From IMG/VR virus record IMGVR_UViG_3300028666_000022, positions 124,001 to 188,000 of that record: a stretch of DNA of 64,000 bases. The stretch is one strand, 5' to 3'. A model generated the notes under the pieces. That model made no database searches. It was not told where the DNA came from and was given only the letters and a program-made list of their open reading frames with translations. Within the stretch, counting starts at the first letter, position 1; each line of letters begins with the position of its first letter. A program made the position numbers and the translations under genes. This document shows, in pieces, positions 55,063 to 64,000 of this stretch.

Positions 55063-57150
55063 TTATATTAATGTCGTACTTAACACTCCAATATCACTTA
55101 CGGTTATCTTATACCTACATCCACTTGTTGATCTTAATATTACACCACATAAATTTGTTGTCACCTCAATATTTTTATTCCAAACAATTAAATTAGGAAC
55201 TGCAACAGTATTACAATATGCATTAATTGACATAGTATAACCACTTCCACCAATAATTACTGAATTTATATTACCTGAACAAAGTAAATTATCGTGCCCC
55301 CCAATAATAACACCATTAATTGATTTAGTAACATTTCCAATTCCAACACTAAACGAACAATCACCACATGTAGTACTACCATTTATTGCAACAGAGCCAA
55401 CACCACATGCAATACCACATGTCATTGCCACTGAATTAGTACCAATTGCAGTACTATTTAAAGTAATACCCATTGAATTTTGACCACAAGCATTACCACC
55501 AGCCATTGCAACAGAATTTTGACCAAACGTATTACCACCAGCCATTGCAACAGAATTAGTACCACATGCTAACCCTCCAGCCATTGCTACTGAAGACATT
55601 GCGTGTGTTTCACCATTAACCATTGCAACAGATTGCATATACATTGCTTGACCACCAACCATTGCAACAGAATAATCACCACAAGCAACACCACCAGCCA
55701 TTGCTATTGAGTTACACGCATAAGTTAAACTATTAACACCAATTGCAATTGAACCATCACCAGAAACAGTAATACCACCTCCCATTGCAATTGAATTTTG
55801 ACTACATGCAATTGAATTACTACCTAAAGCAAACGTATTACTACCCATAGTAATACCACCAATAATAGCAACTGAAGTATTACCCGATGTAATACTACCA
55901 TAACCCATAGCAAATGAATTAATATCACAAGTAGTCCCACCAATCATTGCTACAGAATTAAAAGAATTTGCTATACTAACACCCATAGCAACTGAATATT
56001 GACCGTAAGCACAACTTAAACCCATAGCTACTGAATTATCACCAAAAGCTTGACCACCATTCATTGCTACAGAACTAATACCACACGCTATCGAAAAACT
56101 AGTATTATTAATATCAAAACCAACAGCAAATGAATTAATTCCATATGCTTGGCCACTACCCATTGCTATTGAACCTTGACCCTGTGCACAACTACCAGAA
56201 TTTACTTGTAAAGCATCGATACTTTTACAATATTTTAAATTAGTATTACCAGTCAATGTTCCACTATTATTAAATATAATCTCAGTATTACTCGAACAAA
56301 TGCTAGTACCTCCTGAACTACCTGAAGTTAATTCTATTTTTTTTGTTAATGGATTACGACATAATACATTACCACTACCTGCTTCAACATTCCAAATTGC
56401 TAAATTAGGAACAATAACAGTATTTAAATATGTGTTTCCGGTAGCATTAATATTATTACCACCAATAATACCTGAAGTAGTATTACCAGATGAAATAACA
56501 TTATTACAACCACCAATAATTACACTATTTTTTGAACGAACAATATTATTAAATCCAATTGCAATTGAATTACAATTACATGTCATACCATTAATCATAG
56601 CAACAGAACAAATACCACAAGCAGTACCACCAATCATTGCTAATGAATTACAACAACAAGTAGTTGCGTTACCCATCGCAATTGAACATACACCATAAGT
56701 GAGACTATCTATTGCAGCAAACGAATAAATGCCATACGATCCAGCACTACCAATCATTGCAACTGAATTACATCCATTTGATGAAGCACCTGCAATACCC
56801 ACCGAATGTTGGGCAAAAGCGCAACTTCCTAAACCTATTTGTAACCCATCAATACTTGAACAATATAATAAATTTGTATTACCCGTAATTACATTATTTT
56901 TATTAAAAATTATTTCATTATTTGTTGAACAAATACTACTACCCCCTGAACTATTTTGTAAAGTAATGTTACCATTAGAATCTGATGTAGCTATTTTACC
57001 TGAACCATGATTAGGTAAGATTGATAATGTTCCACCACTCATTATTTTTAATTGTCCAATAATTAAAGTGCATCCAGATAAATTTAAAACATCAGTTGAA
57101 CACTGTCCAAATTTATTATTATTTAAATATAATTTAGTATTTACACTCAT
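55063..57150 (-). CDS. Fibre/adhesin protein with two YadA-head-like repeat modules, Cys-rich
   Basis: Two EIIFN...TGNT-(SVAM)n-IIGG.NN modules; C-terminal GVILRSTSGCRY. Confidence 0.75.
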   Translation of the reverse strand: MSVNTKLYLNNNKFGQCSTDVLNLSGCTLIIGQLKIMSGGTLSILPNHGSGKIATSDSNGNITLQNSSGGSSICSTNNEIIFNKNNVITGNTNLLYCSSIDGLQIGLGSCAFAQHSVGIAGASSNGCNSVAMIGSAGSYGIYSFAAIDSLTYGVCSIAMGNATTCCCNSLAMIGGTACGICSVAMINGMTCNCNSIAIGFNNIVRSKNSVIIGGCNNVISSGNTTSGIIGGNNINATGNTYLNTVIVPNLAIWNVEAGSGNVLCRNPLTKKIELTSGSSGGTSICSSNTEIIFNNSGTLTGNTNLKYCKSIDALQVNSGSCAQGQGSIAMGSGQAYGINSFAVGFDINNTSFSIACGISSVAMNGGQAFGDNSVAMGLSCAYGQYSVAMGVSIANSFNSVAMIGGTTCDINSFAMGYGSITSGNTSVAIIGGITMGSNTFALGSNSIACSQNSIAMGGGITVSGDGSIAIGVNSLTYACNSIAMAGGVACGDYSVAMVGGQAMYMQSVAMVNGETHAMSSVAMAGGLACGTNSVAMAGGNTFGQNSVAMAGGNACGQNSMGITLNSTAIGTNSVAMTCGIACGVGSVAINGSTTCGDCSFSVGIGNVTKSINGVIIGGHDNLLCSGNINSVIIGGSGYTMSINAYCNTVAVPNLIVWNKNIEVTTNLCGVILRSTSGCRYKITVSDIGVLSTTLI

Positions 57151-57219
57151 AAAACATTTGTTTTAAATATTACTTTTATAATTTTTTATAAAAAACTCAT
57201 TACTAAGTAATTATTTTAA

Positions 57220-57228
57220 TATAAATAC
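57220..57228 (-). promoter_or_regulatory. Putative late promoter GTATTTATA
   Basis: Upstream of 57150. Confidence 0.5.
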
Positions 57229-57323
57229 TAAAAAAATCGTAGTTGATCAATTATTATAAAAATAAAACCACTTAAAATTAATTAACTGGTTCTACAAAAA
57301 ATAAATATATGACGAAAAGAAAA

Positions 57324-58232
57324 TTATTTTTGCCTATTTACTGCATCTATTATTTCATCTATGTTAAAAAGATTAACTGTGTCATAGGGAAATTGCTGTA
57401 TTTGTCCACTTATATCATCTGTTAAATATGTATATTTATCAAAATTATTTATAATATTTGCATTTGGTAATATATTAATATTTTCGGGGTAGCCAAAAAC
57501 TGATGGTGAATTACCAATCCAACATACTGTACTTTGTAAACCTAAACCAGCAGCCACGTGCATGGCGAAAGAATCAATAAATAACCTTTTTGTACTCAAT
57601 CCAAATACTCCATATAATTCTCTTAGTGGTAAATTTAATAATTCAGTACCTTGTAATGCTGGTTGTTCTGGAGTTCGTATATGTAAAATGCGATATGTTT
57701 TACTAAAATAATTTACTAATTGTTGAGCTATTTCTATTGGCATATCTCTATACCAAGATTTTTTAGAATATTGCGAACCATTACCAGCACCTCCGTTACT
57801 TTGTAGTAATAAAATAGGTCTTCCATCTGGTTTTATTTTGTCTTTTGCTATTTCTAATTCACGTGGATTAATATAAATATCTGGTTTATATCCATCATAT
57901 TTAACATTAAATAATTTACACCATGTTTCAGTAAGATGTTCTTTTCTTAGAATATGATTAGTTTCATTATATGGATCATGTTTCATTATTATGGTATCTT
58001 CTTTCAAAAAATCTTTCATATATCTACCTTCACCATGTAAATAAAAACGAAATACATTAGGATTATAAAAAAACGGAGCATCCCAGCTACAAATCACTAC
58101 AACATGATAATCTAAATATTGTTTTTTTATTGCTCTAATAACGGCTGTGGACATGCAATTCTTACCCTGACCACCAGCTACTTCTAGTATTATATACTTA
58201 TTTGAATCTTTTATTCTGTTATCAACTATCAT
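57324..58232 (-). CDS. GT9-like (heptosyltransferase-fold) glycosyltransferase
   Basis: GG.GK...STAVIRAIKKQY; LLQSNGG; IDSFAMHVAAGL. Confidence 0.75.
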   Translation of the reverse strand: MIVDNRIKDSNKYIILEVAGGQGKNCMSTAVIRAIKKQYLDYHVVVICSWDAPFFYNPNVFRFYLHGEGRYMKDFLKEDTIIMKHDPYNETNHILRKEHLTETWCKLFNVKYDGYKPDIYINPRELEIAKDKIKPDGRPILLLQSNGGAGNGSQYSKKSWYRDMPIEIAQQLVNYFSKTYRILHIRTPEQPALQGTELLNLPLRELYGVFGLSTKRLFIDSFAMHVAAGLGLQSTVCWIGNSPSVFGYPENINILPNANIINNFDKYTYLTDDISGQIQQFPYDTVNLFNIDEIIDAVNRQK

Positions 58233-58237
58233 AAAAT

Positions 58238-59194
58238 TTAATTTTTAATATTATTATTTACATCATCTTTATATTTCCAAATATAACCTCCTGCAGTTTT
58301 TGCTCTACTTCTTAAACAATTAGATATTAAACCGCAAGATAAGTTATTGATTCTTTCTGCTTCAGCAATAGATAAATATTCACCTAAATAAACATTATTT
58401 ATCGTATATTTACATATTGCTCTTATATAATATTTTTCTTCATGTTCATATTTTTCAATATTTTCGGGTATTTCATTCTTATAATACCAATAAAAATTAC
58501 CTGCTTGTTTTCTTTTTTTGTTTAAACATTTATTTATATTTGGTTGAGGAATATCTATTATTTTAGATGCCTCCTCTTGACTTTTAAATTCTCTAATAAA
58601 TTCACCATTTAATGAATATTGAACTATCGGTATATTACTTTTACGTGTTTCCTTAAATTTAAATGAATTTGCTTTTTCTTTAGAAAAGAAAAAATACATA
58701 TTTTTGTATGAATTTCTTCGTTTTTGATCTATTACTCTTGATATTGCAGGTATATTAGTATCATAAAAATCAGCAACTTCTGTAATTGATGTAAATTCTT
58801 TTAAATATTCACCAGTTTCTGAATATTGAAAAACTCTTTTTTTTGAGGAATTTCTACAACCTCCATCACCTCCATTAGTCAAATTAGTTAAGTTAACACC
58901 TTGATCTTTATATTTTTTAATGTAGAAAATTTCTAATAATTCATGTTCATATTTATTATTTTCTTTGTTAAAAACATAATTACACTCATCAATAATTTTC
59001 ATTTCAGGCTTTAATCCAGAAACAAGTATTTTATTTATAATATTATTTTTATGTGGATTTTTTTCTCTTTTTTTACCATATACATTAATATGTTGATTAT
59101 ACCTTCTTTTTAAATTTTCAGTAAAACCCACATAAAAAACCTCATTATTTCTAGGATCGACTAAAGTATAAATATAAACTTTCTTATCTGACAT
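58238..59194 (-). CDS. GIY-YIG homing endonuclease with three NUMOD1-like repeats
   Basis: YIYTL.DPR...FYVG; LTNLTNGGDG; (Q/K)Y...G..I.EF.S..EA repeats. Confidence 0.85.
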   Translation of the reverse strand: MSDKKVYIYTLVDPRNNEVFYVGFTENLKRRYNQHINVYGKKREKNPHKNNIINKILVSGLKPEMKIIDECNYVFNKENNKYEHELLEIFYIKKYKDQGVNLTNLTNGGDGGCRNSSKKRVFQYSETGEYLKEFTSITEVADFYDTNIPAISRVIDQKRRNSYKNMYFFFSKEKANSFKFKETRKSNIPIVQYSLNGEFIREFKSQEEASKIIDIPQPNINKCLNKKRKQAGNFYWYYKNEIPENIEKYEHEEKYYIRAICKYTINNVYLGEYLSIAEAERINNLSCGLISNCLRSRAKTAGGYIWKYKDDVNNNIKN

Positions 59195-59214
59195 TATAAT
59201 TTTTTATATTTTTT

Positions 59215-59223
59215 TATAAATAC
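59215..59223 (-). promoter_or_regulatory. Putative late promoter GTATTTATA
   Basis: 20 nt upstream of the ATG at 59194. Confidence 0.55.
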
Positions 59224-59306
59224 TATAAAAAACGACAAAATCACAATAAATATGAAAAAAATTTAAAATATTTTCATTAAAAAGATAAGGATAGAGTATT
59301 TAAATT

Positions 59307-59822
59307 TTAATTAACTACACCTAAATTTACCCAAGAGCTAATACTAGTACTATAAGTAAATTCAAGTTCACCATAGTTGGTATTAATTAAGGCACAAGAA
59401 GATCCATCAATGCAAACATTACCGCAGATTTTAATATTATTAACTAAAGCACAACCAGAAACATCTTTAATTCTATATGCCTGACCATTAGCTGGTGTAC
59501 TAGGAAGAGTAATTGTACGAGAAGCTGAAGGAGAATTTACAAGAACAATATATTGTTTAGGTGTTAAAGTAACATTGGTGGTTACAGCACTAATATTATA
59601 AGCAACACCCTTAACAACTAAAGCACCATCAGTAATATCTGAACCATACCAAAATTCAACATTGTTAATATTTACAGTAAGACCAACATATCTCAATGAT
59701 TGAGGTATTGAAGTATTAACAGCAGTAATACCAGTATATGGTTGGTTTGAAGAATTTAAATATTTACTATCAATTGGGTTTCCAACATTTATTTTCAAGT
59801 TATCATTTAAGGTAATTGACAT
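59307..59822 (-). CDS. Short fibre-like structural protein (paralog of 60924-62393)
   Basis: Shared N-terminal LNDNL.IN.G.P.DSKYLN and C-terminal LPS.P..GQ...D.SGCALV.NI. Confidence 0.7.
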   Translation of the reverse strand: MSITLNDNLKINVGNPIDSKYLNSSNQPYTGITAVNTSIPQSLRYVGLTVNINNVEFWYGSDITDGALVVKGVAYNISAVTTNVTLTPKQYIVLVNSPSASRTITLPSTPANGQAYRIKDVSGCALVNNIKICGNVCIDGSSCALINTNYGELEFTYSTSISSWVNLGVVN

Positions 59823-59898
59823 GATATATTATGTATTATAGATATTATCTTATTTTTAATATTATTTAATTACTATTATTTTATAAATTTTCATATTT

Positions 59899-60900
59899 TT
59901 AACTTAATGCCATTGCTGAAATCGATGCAGTTTGTTTATTTGAAATATAAACTTTATAACTACAACCACACCAACATGCAGTAGTAGCACTAATTGTATC
60001 TGGTGCAGGAAATAAATTACAAGCAGGACTTACACCACCACCAATAGTACCATTATTTAGTGCATTAACACACCAACAAACTTTTGTTGTAGTTGTTGCT
60101 GGAACTGCAAACCATAGATAATCATTACTTCCACTATTAAAATTAATACTAATAGAACTAGAACTACTAGCCAATACTTTAGTTCCACCAATAACCATAG
60201 CACATGTAGCAGTAGGTCTATTTGCACCAGCAGCACCCGGACAAGTACAAACACCATAATAATATGGTAATAAACCAGTTACAGTATAAGTACTCGAACC
60301 AAATTGAGTATTACAACTATTTTTAGCACTACCACACCAAATTTGATTATCACCACAAAAACTAAATCCTCTAGTAGTTATTGTTGCAGATTCTGGTGAT
60401 GTTACTGGACAATTTGTAGCTAATATAGAACTAGTTGTAACATCAACAATACATAAAGTATTTGCAGCTACATTACTTGTATTAGTAAATCCAAATGTAA
60501 ATGATTTTGAACCACTAATAATTGTACCAACTTCTATTGGTGTACTAACATTAGTACTAAAGCTACTAAATGCAGGTAATAAATACGGTACTAATATTTC
60601 TTTAAGTAATTCATTAGTACTTTTACCAGTTAAAACAGTACCAGCGGTAATTCCACCAACAGTTGCTGTAGCGGGTGAACTTAAATTATATATTGTTTGA
60701 CCAGTTACAGTAACAATTTTACTATCAACATATTGTTTATCAATTATTTGAGTATTTCCCGTGAATGTTGGATGTACTGCATATTTTAAAATTCCTGTTG
60801 ACGCAATTATAGTATTTCCAGACAAATTTACTGTTTGACCAGTACTTTGATATACTTTATCATTATTAATATTTATCTTAGTGTTAAATGTGATTGCCAT
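59899..60900 (-). CDS. Fibre-like structural protein (paralog of 62422-64000)
   Basis: Shared YNL.SPAT.TVGGIT.GT.LTGK and DY.WFAVP...LNNG.IGG. Confidence 0.7.
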   Translation of the reverse strand: MAITFNTKININNDKVYQSTGQTVNLSGNTIIASTGILKYAVHPTFTGNTQIIDKQYVDSKIVTVTGQTIYNLSSPATATVGGITAGTVLTGKSTNELLKEILVPYLLPAFSSFSTNVSTPIEVGTIISGSKSFTFGFTNTSNVAANTLCIVDVTTSSILATNCPVTSPESATITTRGFSFCGDNQIWCGSAKNSCNTQFGSSTYTVTGLLPYYYGVCTCPGAAGANRPTATCAMVIGGTKVLASSSSSISINFNSGSNDYLWFAVPATTTTKVCWCVNALNNGTIGGGVSPACNLFPAPDTISATTACWCGCSYKVYISNKQTASISAMALS

Positions 60901-60923
60901 AATATTAAATTTATTATTTTTAC

Positions 60924-62393
60924 TTAATTAATAAATGCTATTGCACTCCAAAAATTACCATTATTTATAACTGAAATTGATCCATAATTAGTATTGATCG
61001 GAAAACATGTATTACCATTAATACATTTCCCATTTCCATTAATAATTATATTATGCACTAATGCACAACCACTAATATCAGAAACACTAATTTTTTGACC
61101 AAGTTTAGGTACTGAAGGTAAATAAATTGTTGACCCACTTTGAGCACCAATATAATTATTATTTGTTGATGCAGTATATGAAATAGATCCAATTAAACAT
61201 ACATCAACAACATTTGATTTAGTTTTACTATATCCTGTTACATAATTTACGTCTACAAGTGAATATGTACTAAAATTTGTACTGTAATCATTACCATATT
61301 TTAAATTATATTTTGATACACCACCATCAAAAATAGTATTTCCTGTTAATATTCCACCTAAACTAATATTTTTTCCTGTTTTATTTAAACCATTTGTAGC
61401 ACCTGTTATATATTTTAATTCAATAGTACCAATTCTAGTATTAGTATTACCAGTATATGTTGTAAATGATGTTTTATCTAATTTTGTACCTAATACTGTA
61501 TTTAATGTACCACCACTAATATTTACATTTAATTGTGTGCCATTCCAAGTTAATGAATTACCTGCAATAGTGCCATTCACAGATACTGTATGTGTTCCAT
61601 TTAATAATGTTACTGTAATACCTGTCCCACTAATTATATTAGGAATTTTATTAAATAATACAAAATTTAATGAACTAACTCCAATAGTTATTGGATCTGG
61701 TGTTGTTAATACCCATGCAGTATTACCATTAGTATTTCCAGTAAATATCCACATATAACTACCTGATAAAACACCACTAATAAAATCGCTTGCACGATTC
61801 CATGTACTCGCTGATGCTATATATACACCATTATTTACACTACTTATTTGATCTTTAACTAAAACTCTATCACCATTAATTACAGTAATTCCATCAATAG
61901 TAATTAAACCAGTTAACGCTATATTTCCTGTTGTTGCTACTCTAACTTCCATTTTCGGTTTTAATCCAATAGCAATTGTATCAACATATTCTTTATCAAC
62001 TAAAGATCGATTAACATAATTTCCAGATAAATCATTTGTATATTGAATTCCCTTAAAATTTGTATCTCCACTAATACTAAATGTTTTATTATTGACATTA
62101 ATTAATGTATTTTTTATTAATGTGCCACCCAATTGAATACTTGTTCCTGATATATTTATACCATTTGTTGCATTAACTAACGATTTACTAATTAAATTAA
62201 TATCTGCAACACCATTTTTATACCAATATTCTATACCACCAATATTTACGGTTAAACCAGTATATCTATATGATATTGGAACACCCAAATTTACTGCAGA
62301 TGTAGATATCCAAGGCGTAGTAACATTTAAATATTTACTGTCAACTGGTTTACCAGTATTAATCGCTAAATTATCATTAAGTATTATTGACAT
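60924..62393 (-). CDS. Tail fibre-like protein
   Basis: VRVATTGNI.LTGL.TIDG....GDRVLVKDQ....NGVY domain; DKEYVD motif. Confidence 0.75.
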   Translation of the reverse strand: MSIILNDNLAINTGKPVDSKYLNVTTPWISTSAVNLGVPISYRYTGLTVNIGGIEYWYKNGVADINLISKSLVNATNGINISGTSIQLGGTLIKNTLINVNNKTFSISGDTNFKGIQYTNDLSGNYVNRSLVDKEYVDTIAIGLKPKMEVRVATTGNIALTGLITIDGITVINGDRVLVKDQISSVNNGVYIASASTWNRASDFISGVLSGSYMWIFTGNTNGNTAWVLTTPDPITIGVSSLNFVLFNKIPNIISGTGITVTLLNGTHTVSVNGTIAGNSLTWNGTQLNVNISGGTLNTVLGTKLDKTSFTTYTGNTNTRIGTIELKYITGATNGLNKTGKNISLGGILTGNTIFDGGVSKYNLKYGNDYSTNFSTYSLVDVNYVTGYSKTKSNVVDVCLIGSISYTASTNNNYIGAQSGSTIYLPSVPKLGQKISVSDISGCALVHNIIINGNGKCINGNTCFPINTNYGSISVINNGNFWSAIAFIN

Positions 62394-62421
62394 CTCTTTA
62401 TTTTATTTTCATATTTTTATT

Positions 62422-64000
62422 TTAGCTTACACACATTGGTACACCACATGCTGTTCCAGTTGTAGTACAACTAACATATACCATATAATTACAACCAGTC
62501 CAACAACCTTGTGCTGATGTTACAGCAACAATACAATCCGTTGCAAATAAATTCCCAATACCACCAATACAACCATTATTTAAACTACTAACATACCAAC
62601 AAGTTTTAACTGACGTACCATTTGGAACTGCAAACCATATATAATCACTTGGTGAACTGTTAAATATTATTGGTAGTGTACCACTAGCTGAAGCAATACA
62701 TTTATTTCCTGCAGCAATATCAGAACTACCAAGTACCTGTGATGTACATTTTCCCCAATACCAAGGCAATATACCAGAAATTGATGATGAAGCAAAACTT
62801 GTTGTTCCAGAAGACAATGGAGAACAATAATTACTACCACCACTTCCTTTTGGTTGAATACCAGAATTATATGTTGTATCTACTGACCATGTTTGACTTC
62901 CACCAGAAACAACATAATTATTAGCTGTTTTAACTACGCTTGAACCACTACAAACATATAAACCCGCTACTTGAGAGCCAGTAAAACAATATTTATTTGC
63001 AGTTCCACTTCTAAATGGAGAAGTACTACAATATTGTGGACTAATAGATCCTCTATTAAAACATCCAGTAATATTTAAACTAGATATTGAACATCCGATT
63101 TCAAATGTACCTGAAGGAGATAATAAAATTGATGTACTTGGTGCAGTTAATGTACCAAATAATTCTGGTGCTAAAATATCTTGAAATAATTGAAATACTG
63201 TTTTTCCTGTTAATGCAGTACCAATAGTAATTCCACCAACAGTACATGTTGCTGGTGAATTTAGATTATATTTTGCATCATGAACTACAATAGTATTACC
63301 TACTTGGGATAATGCAGTACTACCACTACCCAATAATGAATTAAATCGTAAACAATTGTTTACTTTAGAATCAAATAAACCAATACCAGTTCCAATATTA
63401 ACAGCATTTGTCGTACCTGACGTAGTACCAGTGCTTGTTTGTGTTGCGCCAGAAATAAAAACAAAATTATCATCATAAGAAACACGTATAAGATCATTTG
63501 TTTTTGACATTATGGTTCTTAAATGAAGTTGTTGATTTGTTTTATTTACATAAACTGGTCCACCAATATTATATGTTGTTCCAGTAGTTAAACTACCACT
63601 AACATTTAAAACAACATTACCACCATTATTATATGCTCCTGTTGACCATGTAATACCACTATACATTGCACCAACAGCAGGAAACGCATTTAGAAATGTA
63701 CCAACAGTTTTTGTTATGTCACCATCAACCAAAATCCAACCAACTTGATTTGTTAATCCAGTATAAGTATTATATATCCATGATTTAACTGGAGTTGGTA
63801 TTGTTCTAACATAACCTCTTCTTAATGGTCCATTATAAATTGGAGAACCAATCCTAATTATACCATTAATATCTCTATAATAATAATTATAAACCGAATC
63901 ATATTCACCATTGTAAGCAGGATTAATAGTATTTGATATTATTAATTTTTGTATTCCAGTGCTTCCACTAAAATATCCAACATTTGTTGCACCAGTAACT
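62422..64000 (-). CDS. Fibre-like structural protein, 5' end beyond the window
   Basis: Frame stays open from 63732 to 64000 (...VTGATNVGYFSG...). Confidence 0.75.
   Translation of the reverse strand, partial: VTGATNVGYFSGSTGIQKLIISNTINPAYNGEYDSVYNYYYRDINGIIRIGSPIYNGPLRRGYVRTIPTPVKSWIYNTYTGLTNQVGWILVDGDITKTVGTFLNAFPAVGAMYSGITWSTGAYNNGGNVVLNVSGSLTTGTTYNIGGPVYVNKTNQQLHLRTIMSKTNDLIRVSYDDNFVFISGATQTSTGTTSGTTNAVNIGTGIGLFDSKVNNCLRFNSLLGSGSTALSQVGNTIVVHDAKYNLNSPATCTVGGITIGTALTGKTVFQLFQDILAPELFGTLTAPSTSILLSPSGTFEIGCSISSLNITGCFNRGSISPQYCSTSPFRSGTANKYCFTGSQVAGLYVCSGSSVVKTANNYVVSGGSQTWSVDTTYNSGIQPKGSGGSNYCSPLSSGTTSFASSSISGILPWYWGKCTSQVLGSSDIAAGNKCIASASGTLPIIFNSSPSDYIWFAVPNGTSVKTCWYVSSLNNGCIGGIGNLFATDCIVAVTSAQGCWTGCNYMVYVSCTTTGTACGVPMCVS

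Noticed and set aside
39349-60257. Nested minus-strand ORFs 39349-39555 and 60057-60257
   Set aside because: Alternate-frame overlaps inside stronger genes, without supporting signals.
4823-62924. All plus-strand ORFs in the track (e.g. 19294-19818, 41558-42094, 56300-56698)
   Set aside because: Antisense shadows of well-supported minus-strand genes, with no motifs of their own.
1-64000. Genome-wide stop-codon reassignment (TGA>Trp or TAG>Gln)
   Set aside because: Long genes are intact in code 11; TGA ends genes in ATGA overlaps (568, 945, 25631) and TAG ends genes at 263, 39062 and 42877; only one internal TGA was found.
54133-64000. Diversity-generating retroelement acting on fibres
   Set aside because: No reverse transcriptase and no TR/VR pair with adenine-specific differences; similarities are ordinary paralogy.
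1-64000. tRNA, rRNA or structured ncRNA genes
   Set aside because: No cloverleaf or GC-rich structured intergenic region seen; the larger gaps turned out to hold small ORFs.

Overview
A 64-kb segment of a large, very AT-rich tailed phage genome of myovirus type (T4 gp25-like and gp6-like baseplate genes). Essentially all genes lie on the minus strand in genetic code 11. Four TTG-N20-TAnnTTTG promoters and A-rich leaders without Shine-Dalgarno sites point to a Bacteroidota host (inference). In transcription order (right to left) the window holds: a Cys-rich fibre/adhesin cluster containing a GT9-like glycosyltransferase; an SNF2 helicase, an ATP-grasp protein and a family-B DNA polymerase; a late block of probable head-packaged effectors (NUDIX, WYL, a 1423-aa triple-kinase/ParB/ADP-ribosyltransferase protein, a ParB-like protein and a 14-blade propeller); a GT-B glycosyltransferase; about 25 small early ORFs; and a baseplate operon. 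In that operon a glycosyltransferase resembling plant peptidyl-Ser/Hyp O-glycosyltransferases (GT96/GT95) is tightly coupled to Thr-tract, poly-Cys virion proteins, one ending in (Ser-Cys)17-Cys. Five free-standing homing-type endonucleases and one small GIY-YIG gene are interspersed, and a GTATTTATA motif precedes most late transcription units. The best candidate for a new system is phage-encoded virion protein O-/S-glycosylation acting on Cys/Ser/Thr-loaded surface proteins. The second is the probable protease-processed multi-kinase/ART cargo polyprotein. All family assignments come from motif recognition by eye, not database searches.
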